A stretch of 64,000 nucleotides of DNA from Verrucomicrobiia bacterium (lineage in GTDB: Bacteria; Verrucomicrobiota; Verrucomicrobiia; Limisphaerales; UBA1319). Each line of letters starts with the position of its first letter. The stretch's first letter is position 1. Under the pieces are notes generated by a model, which did not search any database, was not told the DNA's origin, and saw nothing but the letters and a program-made list of their open reading frames with translations. The translations under genes and the position numbers were made by a program. Shown here piece by piece: positions 48,401 to 57,960 of this stretch. Location: positions 2,848,001-2,912,000 of the forward strand of contig OY760937.1 of assembly GCA_963664225.1 (NCBI GenBank), read 5' to 3'.

Positions 48401-51357
48401 ATTACGAGGCGGGCGTGCGGCTTAAGGCGAGCATGAACGGCCGACCGTTCCCGGACCGGGTTGGTTTCCACCTGTCCTTCCAGCCAGATCAACTGTTCCG
48501 AGGTGTGCATGCGGCCATGGGACTGGACCGCCGTCCAGGCGATTCCTCTCCAAAAAACGAGGAGATCGTCGTCCGCCACATCGCCCTGGCCGCGGGCGGT
48601 GTCCCCGTCATGCACCTGGATGTGGCCCACGTGCTGTCCCCGCGCGGAACCGAAAACGGCCCGGCACTGCTGACGCCGAGCTACGAAGATGAATTCATTG
48701 AAACGGCATTCGAGGGAGGTGGCGACGGACTGCTCTTCGAGATGGAAGGTCCTTACGTTTCAACCACGTCCAATGCGCAAGGTTACAAGCTGCCCCAGCC
48801 CAACAATTCAGGGAATTACGTGGACGTGGCCGACCGGGGGGACGACCAGGAGGTTTACCGCTACCACTACATCCAAAAGAACCACCACGACGAGGACAAC
48901 TACGCGCCCTTGATCGCGCTTTCCAAAGCGTTCAGCCAGAGTGGCGCGGCGCTGGAGCCGCAGACCGCCCAGCTCATGGACCTCGAGCAGTGGCTGCGGG
49001 CCTATGCCGTCCTCACCCTCTGCGGGGTCAATGACACCTACACATTCTGGCTCCAGCACAATATGATGATGTATTTTCGCCCCTCCGATCACAAGATGGT
49101 CTATTTGATGTGGGATAATGATTTTTCCTTCGCCCGTTCGGCGACCTCCAGCATCGTCGGCGACCAAAATCTGGGCAAAATCATCAACCTCCCTGTCAAC
49201 CTGCGCGTGCTCTACGCCCAGATGCTCGACCTGATGGACACAACCTATAACACGAACTACATGTCCTACTGGCTGGGTCACTACGGCCCCTTCTCCGGCG
49301 CAAGCTACACAGCCCGGTTGAGCTACATTCAGCAGCGCACCGATTACGTCAGGAGCGTCATTGCCAGTGCGGGCGGCAATAAGGCCTTCAGCGTCAGCGC
49401 CACCAACCTGAGTGTCAGCGCAAGCAACCTCGTCACGCTGACCGGCAGCGCGCCCGTGTGGGTGAAAACCATCACCGTGAACGGCGTGGCCTGGCCTGTG
49501 ACATGGACCAGCCTGACCGGCTGGACGCTGAAAGTGCCGCTGAGTGCCGCCACGAACTCCCTGCAGATTGCCGGGCTGGACTTGCGCGGCAACCGCGTCA
49601 CCAACGCCGCCTTCACCGCCACGGCCGTCGTCAGCGCACCGCTGGAATCTCCGATGGGCCGCGTGGTCTTCAACGAAATCATGTTTCACGCCGCCGTGCC
49701 GGATGCGGAATTCGTCGAACTCTTCAATCGCTCCACCAACACCACTTTCGATCTCTCCGGCTGGCGTGTAAACGGACTCGACTATACTTTCCCACCGGGG
49801 AGTTCCATTTCGCCGCGCGCTTATCTGGTGTTGGCGAAGAACCGGTCGGCATTCGCCACGGCCTACGGTGGCCCGGGCGCCCAATTCGATGAGTATGGCG
49901 GCGACCTCCAACCCGACGGGGAAACCCTCACACTCGTCCAACCTGGAGCCACTCCCGCTGAGGACGTTGCGATTGACCAGGTGCGCTACGAAGGCGCGCT
50001 GCCATGGGCGGCCGTGGCGGCCGACGGCACCGGATCGTCCTATCAATTGGTTGACGCCAGCCAGGACAACAGCCGTGCGGGCAACTGGACCGCCCGTTAC
50101 AACCCGGCTGTTAACCCGGCGGGCCTCTCCACGCCCGGCACGGCCAACCAGTGGAATGCCACCCTGCCAGCGTTCCCAACGCTATGGATCAACGAAGCCC
50201 AGATGGAGCACACGGCGGGGCTGTTCGATAATCACGGCGAACCGGATCCATGGATCGAACTCTACAACGACGGCGCCAATACGGTGTCGCTCGACGGACT
50301 CTACCTTTCCGGCACTTATACGAACCTTGCCAACTGGGCTTTTCCTGCGGGTTGCAGCCTCGGCTCAAAGCAATTCCTCGTCATTTTCTGCGACGCGCAA
50401 GCTTCCCAGACTGCCAGCAACCAACTCCACACCAGTTTCCGGCTGCCACCCGGCTCCGGTTCGGTCGCGCTGTCCCGTTTATACAACGGCCAGCCGCAGG
50501 TGCTGGACTATGTCAATTATCGAAACCTGCCTGAGAACCACAGCTTTGGCTCACTCCCGGATGGCCAACCGTTTGGTCGTCAGCAATTCGTTTATTCCAC
50601 TCCCTTGGGCGCAAACGATGGACGCGCCGCGCCGGTGACGCTCTTCATCAACGAGTGGATGGCAGAAAATAAACAGGCATTGGCGGATCCGGCGGACAGG
50701 GACTGCGAGGATTGGTTTGAAGTTTTCAATCCAGGCACCAACCTCGTGGATCTGGCGGGCTGTTACATGACCGATACGCTCACCGACCCATTCAAGTACT
50801 GCGTCACGACCAATGGTGCTCACATCATTCCGCCTCAGGGCCACCTGCTGGTCTGGGCAGACGAAGAAACGGAGCAAAACACCGATGCCTCGGGCAACCC
50901 ACGCCCGGACTTGCATGTTAATTTCAGACTGGCGGCGACTGGGGAGGAGATCGGATTGTTCGCGCCCGACGGCACGCGGATTAACGCCGTCACTTTCGGC
51001 CCGCAAACCAACGATGTGAGCGTGGGCCGGTATCCCGATGGCGCGGCGCGTTTTGTTACCATGCCGGGAACCGGCAGCCCTCGCGAGACCAACCGTATTT
51101 CTGTGGCCAATACCGCGCCGGTGTTCATGATCGGACCGCAATCCGGTGGCGGCCTGGAATTGCGCTGGGAGGCCCGGTCCGACCAAAATTACTGCCTGGA
51201 TTACAAGGACGATCTCGGCGCGCCCTGTTGGACGCCGTTCTGGACCAACACCGCACAGAATGGCGTTCAATTTCTGACCGTCCCCACCACAAATTCGGCG
51301 CGTTTTTTCCGAATCCGCTCCGAACCAGTCCAGTCCAACGGGCCTGGCATCTGGTGA
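45439..51357 (+). CDS. Giant secreted lamin-tail-domain / CotH-kinase-like multidomain protein
   Basis: Signal peptide; several LTD repeats (FNEVMYHP...EWVELYN...DL.GW), carbohydrate-binding-like NGDFE segment, CotH-like core (N.DTY...HN..MY...WDND.SF), C-terminal ...ARFFRIR. Confidence 0.85.
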   Translation: MSYRLAWVGGRLLKMLAPWFQCFCLTLGMLMLAAPSVRADATLVFNEVMYHPATNEAAMEWVELYNQLAVDLDVSGWNLSGDIGYAFPSGTRVPGRSFIVVAIDPAALHAATGLTNIQGPFTNRLDNGGGTLRLRNNNGRVMDEVRYRSEGEWPVASNGAGPSLSKVDEDAGSADPSHWRASLQLGGSPGTMNMPPTTTNTLRRMLVPLNQTWNYDQSGADRGTGWKEPGFDDSAWPAGRGVLAVEDNAAVRSLTNTTLSLTGASGQPVITYYFRTHFAFTNDLVNLILCASNLLDDGAVAYLNGTEVYRYRIASDQNSQTLAGNQTGEGVLETTNFWSSALRQGDNVLAVEVHQVNTGSSDVVFGLQLDEITVITNNPAGSVAASLPVAFNEISSVTNAEFWVELVNLSTQSVALDHCVLGRFGNVNEREFVIPARTLTAGEHLVLDRATLGFGADPGDRVALFAPGKAAVLDAVVAGSHSRARLPEGIGEWLRPSEPTPGATNRFALCEQIVINEIMYRHKPHPSVNGLPAQGNPEEWIELFNRGTNAVDLTGWALKGGIDYAFAPGKTLLPGAFLVVAKDAAILRAAYPACDIVGNFSGKLSSRGELLQLEDAGGNPADEVRYYTSGHWSEYANGGGSSLELRDPEADNSKAEAWAASDESSKSEWHTYSYRMVAQASLAASADGQWREFLLGLLGEGECLVDDIRVVQLPANNPVSLLSNGDFENGQTEWRVLGTHAASRVIPEPGNPGNHVLRVVATGPQEHMNNHIETTLAGGQSVANGQLYEISYRARWLAGNSRLNTRLWFNRVAHTTELAVPQENGTPGARNSRWEANLGPTFAKFRHQPVVPNAGAPVTVFAQAEDPQGVAYCQVFWSAAGGVFTSAPMTRQQDGMFAGAIPGFAAGTIVQFYVRAVDGLGRVGTFPARGPGGGALYKVNDGQANVSLKHNIRIITTPANAALLHADTNVMSNDNLPCTVIYDERLAYYEAGVRLKASMNGRPFPDRVGFHLSFQPDQLFRGVHAAMGLDRRPGDSSPKNEEIVVRHIALAAGGVPVMHLDVAHVLSPRGTENGPALLTPSYEDEFIETAFEGGGDGLLFEMEGPYVSTTSNAQGYKLPQPNNSGNYVDVADRGDDQEVYRYHYIQKNHHDEDNYAPLIALSKAFSQSGAALEPQTAQLMDLEQWLRAYAVLTLCGVNDTYTFWLQHNMMMYFRPSDHKMVYLMWDNDFSFARSATSSIVGDQNLGKIINLPVNLRVLYAQMLDLMDTTYNTNYMSYWLGHYGPFSGASYTARLSYIQQRTDYVRSVIASAGGNKAFSVSATNLSVSASNLVTLTGSAPVWVKTITVNGVAWPVTWTSLTGWTLKVPLSAATNSLQIAGLDLRGNRVTNAAFTATAVVSAPLESPMGRVVFNEIMFHAAVPDAEFVELFNRSTNTTFDLSGWRVNGLDYTFPPGSSISPRAYLVLAKNRSAFATAYGGPGAQFDEYGGDLQPDGETLTLVQPGATPAEDVAIDQVRYEGALPWAAVAADGTGSSYQLVDASQDNSRAGNWTARYNPAVNPAGLSTPGTANQWNATLPAFPTLWINEAQMEHTAGLFDNHGEPDPWIELYNDGANTVSLDGLYLSGTYTNLANWAFPAGCSLGSKQFLVIFCDAQASQTASNQLHTSFRLPPGSGSVALSRLYNGQPQVLDYVNYRNLPENHSFGSLPDGQPFGRQQFVYSTPLGANDGRAAPVTLFINEWMAENKQALADPADRDCEDWFEVFNPGTNLVDLAGCYMTDTLTDPFKYCVTTNGAHIIPPQGHLLVWADEETEQNTDASGNPRPDLHVNFRLAATGEEIGLFAPDGTRINAVTFGPQTNDVSVGRYPDGAARFVTMPGTGSPRETNRISVANTAPVFMIGPQSGGGLELRWEARSDQNYCLDYKDDLGAPCWTPFWTNTAQNGVQFLTVPTTNSARFFRIRSEPVQSNGPGIW

Positions 51358-51670
51358 TGGAATTGGGATGGTATAAATTGTAGGAAAATCACATGGATGG
51401 ACGGAGTGGAGACGCAGGTGATAAATCGTCCTTGGTCGTGATAAGGGACATATGCGGGGCAGTAGCCCGACTTTCGATTCTGGGCGGATATTTTGAAGGA
51501 GGCCGCCCCAAAGGTCTTCACTAAAGAGCGATGCTCTTTGCGGTTTTTTTTGCTTTGTTGGCAGGCATCGCAAGCACCGGGCCACAGACTGTGCCTGATT
51601 ACCGGTAAGAGCCGGATTCACATGGCGCTTCCAAATTTTGGCCGGTGGCCAAAAAATGGAGCCACCCTGA

Positions 51671-53626
51671 TCACTTCCCGAACAACTGCGGCAACAGCGT
51701 CGTCAGCGGCGGAACATATGTGATGAGCAGCACGCCGACAAACTGCACGCCCAGCATGGGCAGAACCGCGCGCATGACCTCTCCCATGGGCTTGTTAAAA
51801 CGGTAGGATGCCAGCAGCAGGTTCAGTCCGACCGGCGGGGCAAGAAACCCGAGTTCCATATTCGCCAGGAAAATGATCCCCAGGTGAACTGGATTGATCC
51901 CAAACGCCAGCCCAAGGGGCACCAACAAAGGCACCACCACCACAATGGCCGCGTAAATCTCGATCAACCCGCCCACGAACAGCAAAACCACGTTCAATCC
52001 CAACAGGAACAGCCATTTGGATTTGATCGTGGCCGTTGCCCATGCCACCGCCTGATCGGGTACCTGGGCATCCACCAAATATTGAGTGAAGCCGAGCGCT
52101 ACACCGAGAATCAACAACACCCCTCCCACCAGCAATCCGCAATCCGTCACCACCTCTACCACGGTCTTGGGGCGAGCTTCCGTCACTGCGGATTCTGACA
52201 GGTGAGGGTCCCGCTCAGTTCCAGTTGGCGGGCAGGATCCCCAACCAAAGATCTTCAAGTCGCGATAGACAACCGTTTCCACCAGAAAAGCATAAAAAGC
52301 TGTCAGTGCCGCAGCTTCAACGGGCGTGGCGAATCCACCGAACAAGGCGACCAAGGCGACCACCGGAAGCAGCAGCTCCCACTTGGCCAGCCACACCGCA
52401 ACCAACGCCTCGCGAACATCAAACCGTTTCAGGTTTTTTTCCAGTTTGGGTCCTGCCGCCACGCCCCACCAGATGGCGAGCGCCACCATCACGAAGCCGG
52501 GTAACAGGCCGCCAAGAAACATCTGTTGGATGGTGACGTCGGCCCTCGCTTGCGACGCAATGATCGCATACAAAATCAGCGGCAGACACGGTGGAAACAG
52601 AATCCCGAGCGAGCTGGCGCCCGTCAGCAATCCGAGCGCGGTCCGTTCCCGGTATTTCGCACCGATCAAGACCGGCATCAGCACGCCGCCCAGCGCGAGA
52701 ATGGTCACACCCGATCCGCCGGTAAACGATGTGAAGAAAGCGCACATCAGCGCTGTCACGATGGCCGGACCGCCGCGGATATGACCGAACAACGCATTGA
52801 ACACACGCACGAGTCGTTTGGATGCGCCTCCCTCGGCCAGAAAGTATCCAGCCAGGGTAAACAGCGGCAGCGTCGGCAGGGATGGATTAACCACCAGGCT
52901 GTAGTGTGACAGAGGCACGGCCGCGATGGGAGTCCCTTCGCCCCAAAACAGAATGAGCGCCGCGCCGCCCAGGATGGTAAACACCGGCGCCCCCAGCACA
53001 GTGGCCAGCAACAGAATTCCCAGCGCCGGCCACTTCAATTGGGCGGGCGACCCCGGCAACCAGACCGCCGCAGCAATAAACGCGCCTGTTAAAATCATCG
53101 CCATGGTGCGACCTGACCACGTCTTTGAGGCTTTCCATATCAGCCTCAACGCGATCAGGCTAAAACCCAGCGGCAGCAACATTTCCACGTACCAAGTCTT
53201 GATGCCATAAGCAATGACATGGCCGGAGGGGATCTCAGACTGGACAAACAGCAAGCTTGCCACGGAGAGAAAGACCGACACTGTCGCCGCAAACGATTGG
53301 CTGAAGATGGTCACCACCGTTTTCAAACGGCCGTGCAGATTGGTGGTTAAAGCGGATAGCGCCAGCAATCGTCCGTCCCGGGCCGCAACGGCTCCGCCCA
53401 GCATGCCAACGATCAGGGTGAATTGCTGGACGATCTCTGTCGCGCCAGAGATTCCGGCATGCGACATCTTGCGCAGCACGCTCTCCAACACCGGCATCAT
53501 CATCATCGCCAGCAGCGCCAGGGTTACACCAAGGTTCTCGACGTTGCGTAGCCAGCGGACAATTCTCCACGTCCCGGGCCTGCCATTTTCCAGCGGCGCA
53601 AGTTCGGCAGACAACGGATCAGTCAT
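51671..53626 (-). CDS. TRAP transporter, fused small+large permease (DctQ-DctM)
   Basis: N-terminal DctQ-like segment; PLFTLAGY, FTGGSGVT, SLGILFPP, TPVEAA, INPVHLGI, PPVGLNL. Confidence 0.9.
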   Translation of the reverse strand: MTDPLSAELAPLENGRPGTWRIVRWLRNVENLGVTLALLAMMMMPVLESVLRKMSHAGISGATEIVQQFTLIVGMLGGAVAARDGRLLALSALTTNLHGRLKTVVTIFSQSFAATVSVFLSVASLLFVQSEIPSGHVIAYGIKTWYVEMLLPLGFSLIALRLIWKASKTWSGRTMAMILTGAFIAAAVWLPGSPAQLKWPALGILLLATVLGAPVFTILGGAALILFWGEGTPIAAVPLSHYSLVVNPSLPTLPLFTLAGYFLAEGGASKRLVRVFNALFGHIRGGPAIVTALMCAFFTSFTGGSGVTILALGGVLMPVLIGAKYRERTALGLLTGASSLGILFPPCLPLILYAIIASQARADVTIQQMFLGGLLPGFVMVALAIWWGVAAGPKLEKNLKRFDVREALVAVWLAKWELLLPVVALVALFGGFATPVEAAALTAFYAFLVETVVYRDLKIFGWGSCPPTGTERDPHLSESAVTEARPKTVVEVVTDCGLLVGGVLLILGVALGFTQYLVDAQVPDQAVAWATATIKSKWLFLLGLNVVLLFVGGLIEIYAAIVVVVPLLVPLGLAFGINPVHLGIIFLANMELGFLAPPVGLNLLLASYRFNKPMGEVMRAVLPMLGVQFVGVLLITYVPPLTTLLPQLFGK

Positions 53627-54244
53627 TGTATGAAGTCGTTTGCCGTGTGATGGTGCGGGTCCAGGCAGTCCGTGCCGCGCGAAAACCCGTCGCCAGGATT
53701 TGGCAGGTGTCCGGCATTAAGCCCGACACCGGTCAGGAAGAACTGCTTTTGCACCGTATTCATATCGGACGATTATAGTCACCCGGCGCCGGTGGCAGGC
53801 AAGCTTATTGAGCATTGCCTTTTGGACCGTTCCAAACACACAGGATCGTGGCTTCCGGCGGCCACTACCAAATGAAGACGCCCAAATATTTTGAAAATCC
53901 ATGCCTTCCCGTTTTTCGCCTGCCATCGTGCGCAGTTTTGGCAGGCGTGACATTGTTTTGGGATTAAAGCGCTTCGTATTCCCGCTAAAACCGGGCATCG
54001 GTTTTTCAATTTGCAGTGCAGTGCAGAAAAGCGGAGCAAAGTGCGTGCGCAATCTTGAAATTGACATGCTCCTGGTTGGATGGTTTTTCATTGCATGGGT
54101 TCAAAAGTGAGCCGGTCTTCTGGGACCGGGCCATCTTCTGCATGGGTCAGTGCTCCGATTCTTCAGGAATTTCCGGGATGCCAGGATCATCCAGGATTTT
54201 CACAGCTCTCCCGTATTATATTGACACGTCAATCCGTATCTGAC

Positions 54245-55507
54245 ATGATGATGATCATGGATCAAAAACAATTCCCTGTTTGTTTTAGGAAAACCACCGA
54301 TGCCATAAGACACCTGCTCGTTCTCCTGCTGTTGATGCTGGCGCTCCCCGCCGCGCTCCCCGCCGCGCTCCCCGCCGCGCTCCCCGCCGCGCTCCAGGCC
54401 CAATTCAACTACACCACCAACAACGGCGCGATCACCATCACGCGATATAATGGTCCAGGCGGCGCGGTCACCATTCCGGAAACCATCGACGGCCTGCCGG
54501 TCACCAGCATTGGATTCCAGGCGTTCTGCTGGTGGGGCAACCTGACCGACGTCACGATTCCCAATAGCGTGACAAACATTGGTGTGCAGGTTTTCTCCTA
54601 TTGCACCAACCTCTCCAGTCTTACCATCCCCAACGGAGTCGTCTCCATCGGCGACGGCGCGCTCAGTGGTTGCTCTCGCATGACCACCATCACGATTCCG
54701 GACAGTGTCGTCACTCTTGGAGATACAATGTTCCGTGACTGCCGTGGCCTCACGAACATCACCATGGGCCGGAGCGTCACCAATCTCACGACGGGAATGT
54801 TTACGGCATGCACAGGCCTGAAGACCATTACGGTGAATGACCTCAACGCAGCGTATTGCAGCATCGAAGGTGTGTTGTTTAACAAGAGCCGGACAACGCT
54901 CATCCAATATCCAAACGGAAGAATTGGCGGCTACGCGATTCCTGAAGGCGTCACCAACCTCGATGCGGCATTCTCCAATTGTGCGAATCTGACCGATATA
55001 GCGATCCCCAAAGGTGTCATCAGTATTGGCGATTACGCGTTCTATGGCTGCCCCGGCCTGCGCGGCGTCATCATCCCGGAGAGCGTTGCCAGCATCGGCA
55101 GTTTTGCGTTCTATAACTGCGAGAATTTGTATGAGTTTTATTTTGCCGGGAACGCACCCAGCGTTGGGGCGTCGGTCTTCCTTGAATACAATATCACTTT
55201 TTATCGGACCGTTAATGCCACCGGATGGGACCCGACATTCTGCGGTCGTGTGACCAAGTATTGGGATCCGGCGTATTGGAATCCGCAGCCTCCTGTGCGT
55301 CCCGGCTTTATTGTCGAACCGACCTGCTTTGGGTTCCCCATCCCAGGCACCAACGGCGCGAACGCCGTGGTGGAGGCCTGCACAAACATCGTCAATCCCG
55401 TTTGGATTCCGGTGGGAACCATATCTTTCAGCGGCAGCAACTACATTTTCATCGACAACGAATGGACGAATTATCGCGGCCGTTTCTACCGCATTATCAA
55501 CCCATGA
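54245..55507 (+). CDS. BspA-like leucine-rich-repeat (LRR_5) surface protein
   Basis: Signal peptide then QFNYTTNNG.ITIT.Y.G.GG.VTIP; repeats IP.SV..IG..AF..C..L; C-terminal GRFYRI. Confidence 0.88.
   Translation: MMMIMDQKQFPVCFRKTTDAIRHLLVLLLLMLALPAALPAALPAALPAALQAQFNYTTNNGAITITRYNGPGGAVTIPETIDGLPVTSIGFQAFCWWGNLTDVTIPNSVTNIGVQVFSYCTNLSSLTIPNGVVSIGDGALSGCSRMTTITIPDSVVTLGDTMFRDCRGLTNITMGRSVTNLTTGMFTACTGLKTITVNDLNAAYCSIEGVLFNKSRTTLIQYPNGRIGGYAIPEGVTNLDAAFSNCANLTDIAIPKGVISIGDYAFYGCPGLRGVIIPESVASIGSFAFYNCENLYEFYFAGNAPSVGASVFLEYNITFYRTVNATGWDPTFCGRVTKYWDPAYWNPQPPVRPGFIVEPTCFGFPIPGTNGANAVVEACTNIVNPVWIPVGTISFSGSNYIFIDNEWTNYRGRFYRIINP
54341..54395 (+). repeat. In-frame 12-bp tandem repeat GCGCTCCCCGCC x4.6 (ALPA)
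   Basis: Four perfect copies plus GCGCTCC, within the signal-peptide c-region of the LRR gene. Confidence 0.95.
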
Positions 55508-55923
55508 CCCGCGTTTGAAACGCCTTCCTTGATCGGAGAGAATACAAGGGTTTGACAAATTTTATCGGCCGGTAACCGGACGCCGCATGAGGTCACGCGG
55601 CCTGCAATATTACCGCACGCGCCTGCTTGTCGGCCCGTTGCCCTCACCGGGCGTCTTCCATGTCTTCGCCCGCTTGTCGCTTTTGCCCATCGTCCTGAGT
55701 CCAGAACTAACTCATGCCATGGGCGAATCCTTTTCTGAGCCGCGATTAAAACGTCTTTCTGGAATGGAATGTCAACATTCGGCGAGCAACAGTGACCCAT
55801 TTCAAACGGTGACAAATTGTCACCGACTGACGACCGCCATTATTTGACGGCCCTTTTCAACACTCTTCCCTGTTCTGATTACACCGCCAAACGGTGGCAG
55901 GCCAGGTAAGGAAGTTGTTCGGA

Positions 55924-57252
55924 TCAATGCGTCGCAGCAAGGAAGTCCGCCGCCAGAAAGGCCAGCGTCCTGGTGCCAACGACCAGCGCGCTTTCGTCCA
56001 CAAAGAAAAGCGGGCTGTGGTTTGGAGCAGCCTTGGACGGATCCTGATCTCCGGGGGTGACGCCGAGGTAAACATAGAGGGATGGAACCACCTTGGCGAT
56101 TTCGGAAAAGTCTTCGGATGCGCCGCTCAGCCGGCCCATGGCCACATGGCCGTCCGCCGCCCGTTCCAACACTGGAAGCATTCGTTCCGTGAGTTTTTCG
56201 TCATTCACCACCGGATCGTAGTTCTTCACGATCGAGACCTCGGCCCTGGCCCCCGCGCTTTCGGCTATTTTTTTGGCAACCAGTTTCGTATCCCGCTGCA
56301 CTTGCTCGCGGACCCCTTGATCGTAGGTCCGGATGGTTCCTGTCATGCGCACCGATTCGGGCACGATATTATTTCGCGAGCCCCCGTTGATCGTCCCGAT
56401 CGTCACCACAACGGGCGAGGCCGTAAGGTCGGCTTTGCGGCTCACCACGGTTTGGAGGCCCGAGATCAGCAGGGCCGAAGTTGTAATGGGATCGGTGGTG
56501 TTCCAGGGCATGCCACCGTGACCCTGGTTGCCGATAACGGTAATGGTGAGCGTATCGCTGGCCGCAAGCGCTGCGCCGGGACGGTAGGAAATCTCACCTG
56601 AATGACCGGGCATGACATGCACCGCGAATGCAGCGTCCGGTTTCAACGGTTCAAACAGCCCCTCCTGCAGCATGAGCCGGGCTCCCCAGCTTTTGGCCTC
56701 GGTCGGCTCGAACAAACTGGGCCCCTCTTCGGCCGGTTGGAAAATGAACAGCACCGTGCCAGGCAATTGCTCTTTCAGCCCTGCCAGAACCTCCGCGGCC
56801 CCCATCAGCATGGCGGTGTGCGCGTCGTGTCCGCACGCGTGCATCACATCCCCCTCTCTTCCGAGATACGGCTGTCTGGCTTTGGACGCAAAGGGCAGCC
56901 CTTCCGGTTCTTTGACGGGCAGCGCATCCATGTCCGCCCTGAGGGCGACTGTGCGTCCCGCCTTCCCGCCCCGGAGCACCCCGAGCACCCCGGTGTGGGC
57001 GACATTTGTGCGGACTTCCATGCCCAGGCTGAGCAAATGCCCGGCCACAATCCGGGAGGTGCGAAGTTCCTGCTCCCCAAGTTCGGGGTGCTGATGGATG
57101 TCTTCTCGCCAGCCAATGACTTTCTTTTCGAGGGCGGCGGACCGGGCCCGGATTTCTGCTTCGAGAGCGTTGTCGTCGGCTGCCGCGGCAGGTGGTGGAA
57201 CCAGACAAGCCAGCAATGCCACAATCAGGAGGGATGCAGATGCGCTTTTCAT
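55924..57252 (-). CDS. M20D family amidohydrolase (secreted)
   Basis: Signal peptide; HQHPEL, ALRADMDALP, MHACGHDAH, FQPAEEG, HGGMPW, SEDFS, NHSP. Confidence 0.92.
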   Translation of the reverse strand: MKSASASLLIVALLACLVPPPAAAADDNALEAEIRARSAALEKKVIGWREDIHQHPELGEQELRTSRIVAGHLLSLGMEVRTNVAHTGVLGVLRGGKAGRTVALRADMDALPVKEPEGLPFASKARQPYLGREGDVMHACGHDAHTAMLMGAAEVLAGLKEQLPGTVLFIFQPAEEGPSLFEPTEAKSWGARLMLQEGLFEPLKPDAAFAVHVMPGHSGEISYRPGAALAASDTLTITVIGNQGHGGMPWNTTDPITTSALLISGLQTVVSRKADLTASPVVVTIGTINGGSRNNIVPESVRMTGTIRTYDQGVREQVQRDTKLVAKKIAESAGARAEVSIVKNYDPVVNDEKLTERMLPVLERAADGHVAMGRLSGASEDFSEIAKVVPSLYVYLGVTPGDQDPSKAAPNHSPLFFVDESALVVGTRTLAFLAADFLAATH

Positions 57253-57602
57253 GTTCGTCCTTGGAAGTGTTTTAAAAACAATCTCGCAACTCGTTATCTA
57301 CTTTAGCACAACCAACGGGTTGTCGTGCCCCAAAAAGAAGGACGGTCCGCATCCCGGGTGCGGGACAAAACTCAGGAAACCGGTGAAAGCCTGAACCGCT
57401 CGAACCCAGCCAGGACGCCAATCGGCGGTGTGCGCCATTAAGTCCGGCGCGTTGGCATCCTCCAAACCGTCCAGTAAACCCAGGGTAAGCACCCTAGTGC
57501 GCCGCCCTGGGTAAACCGTCCACACAATAGAAACCCCATGATTACTTGCCGGCCATATTTTGATTCCCAATGCCTGTGTACTGCAGTAAACCATCATGAA
57601 TC

Positions 57603-57956
57603 ATGAACACCTTCGACATCGCTATCATTGCCGTCGGGATCTTTGGCCTGGTGATATGGATTCGAGGAGGTCGTCGGCGTTCCATCAGCGACTGCGTTCT
57701 TGGATTGGTGTTGGGCGTTGTGGCGAGCGCCCTCTATTTCTTCCTCTTCAGCCTCACACGCACGGCCTGGCCCCGCATCCCGGCAGGAATGCCAGCGCCG
57801 ACAATATCACACGACAAGACACCCATGAACATGGTTTTGGACCTTTTGAAACCCGTAGGGTTTACAGATATTAGCCGGTGTGTTGAGCGAAGCGATACCA
57901 CCGGTTTACGAACCCTCAACGATTCTCCCCGCATCCCGGAGGGATGCCAGCGCTGA
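57603..57956 (+). CDS. Possible small membrane protein; 3' part runs into REP-like repeats
   Basis: Two hydrophobic segments in the first 55 aa; the remainder translates the repeat array. Confidence 0.35.
   Translation: MNTFDIAIIAVGIFGLVIWIRGGRRRSISDCVLGLVLGVVASALYFFLFSLTRTAWPRIPAGMPAPTISHDKTPMNMVLDLLKPVGFTDISRCVERSDTTGLRTLNDSPRIPEGCQR
57870..57950 (+). repeat. REP-like palindromic repeat, copy A (81 bp)
   Basis: ATTAGCCGGTGTGTTGAGCGAAGCGATACCACCGG...GCATCCCGGAGGGATGCCAG; near-identical to 58677-58758. Confidence 0.9.
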
Positions 57957-57960
57957 CATC

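Noticed and set aside
57340..57410. Riboswitch (cobalamin or c-di-GMP-like GGAAACCGGTGAAAG) near the amidohydrolase
   Set aside because: Only a short partial match on the wrong strand for that gene; downstream conserved elements are absent. An Rfam scan would settle it.
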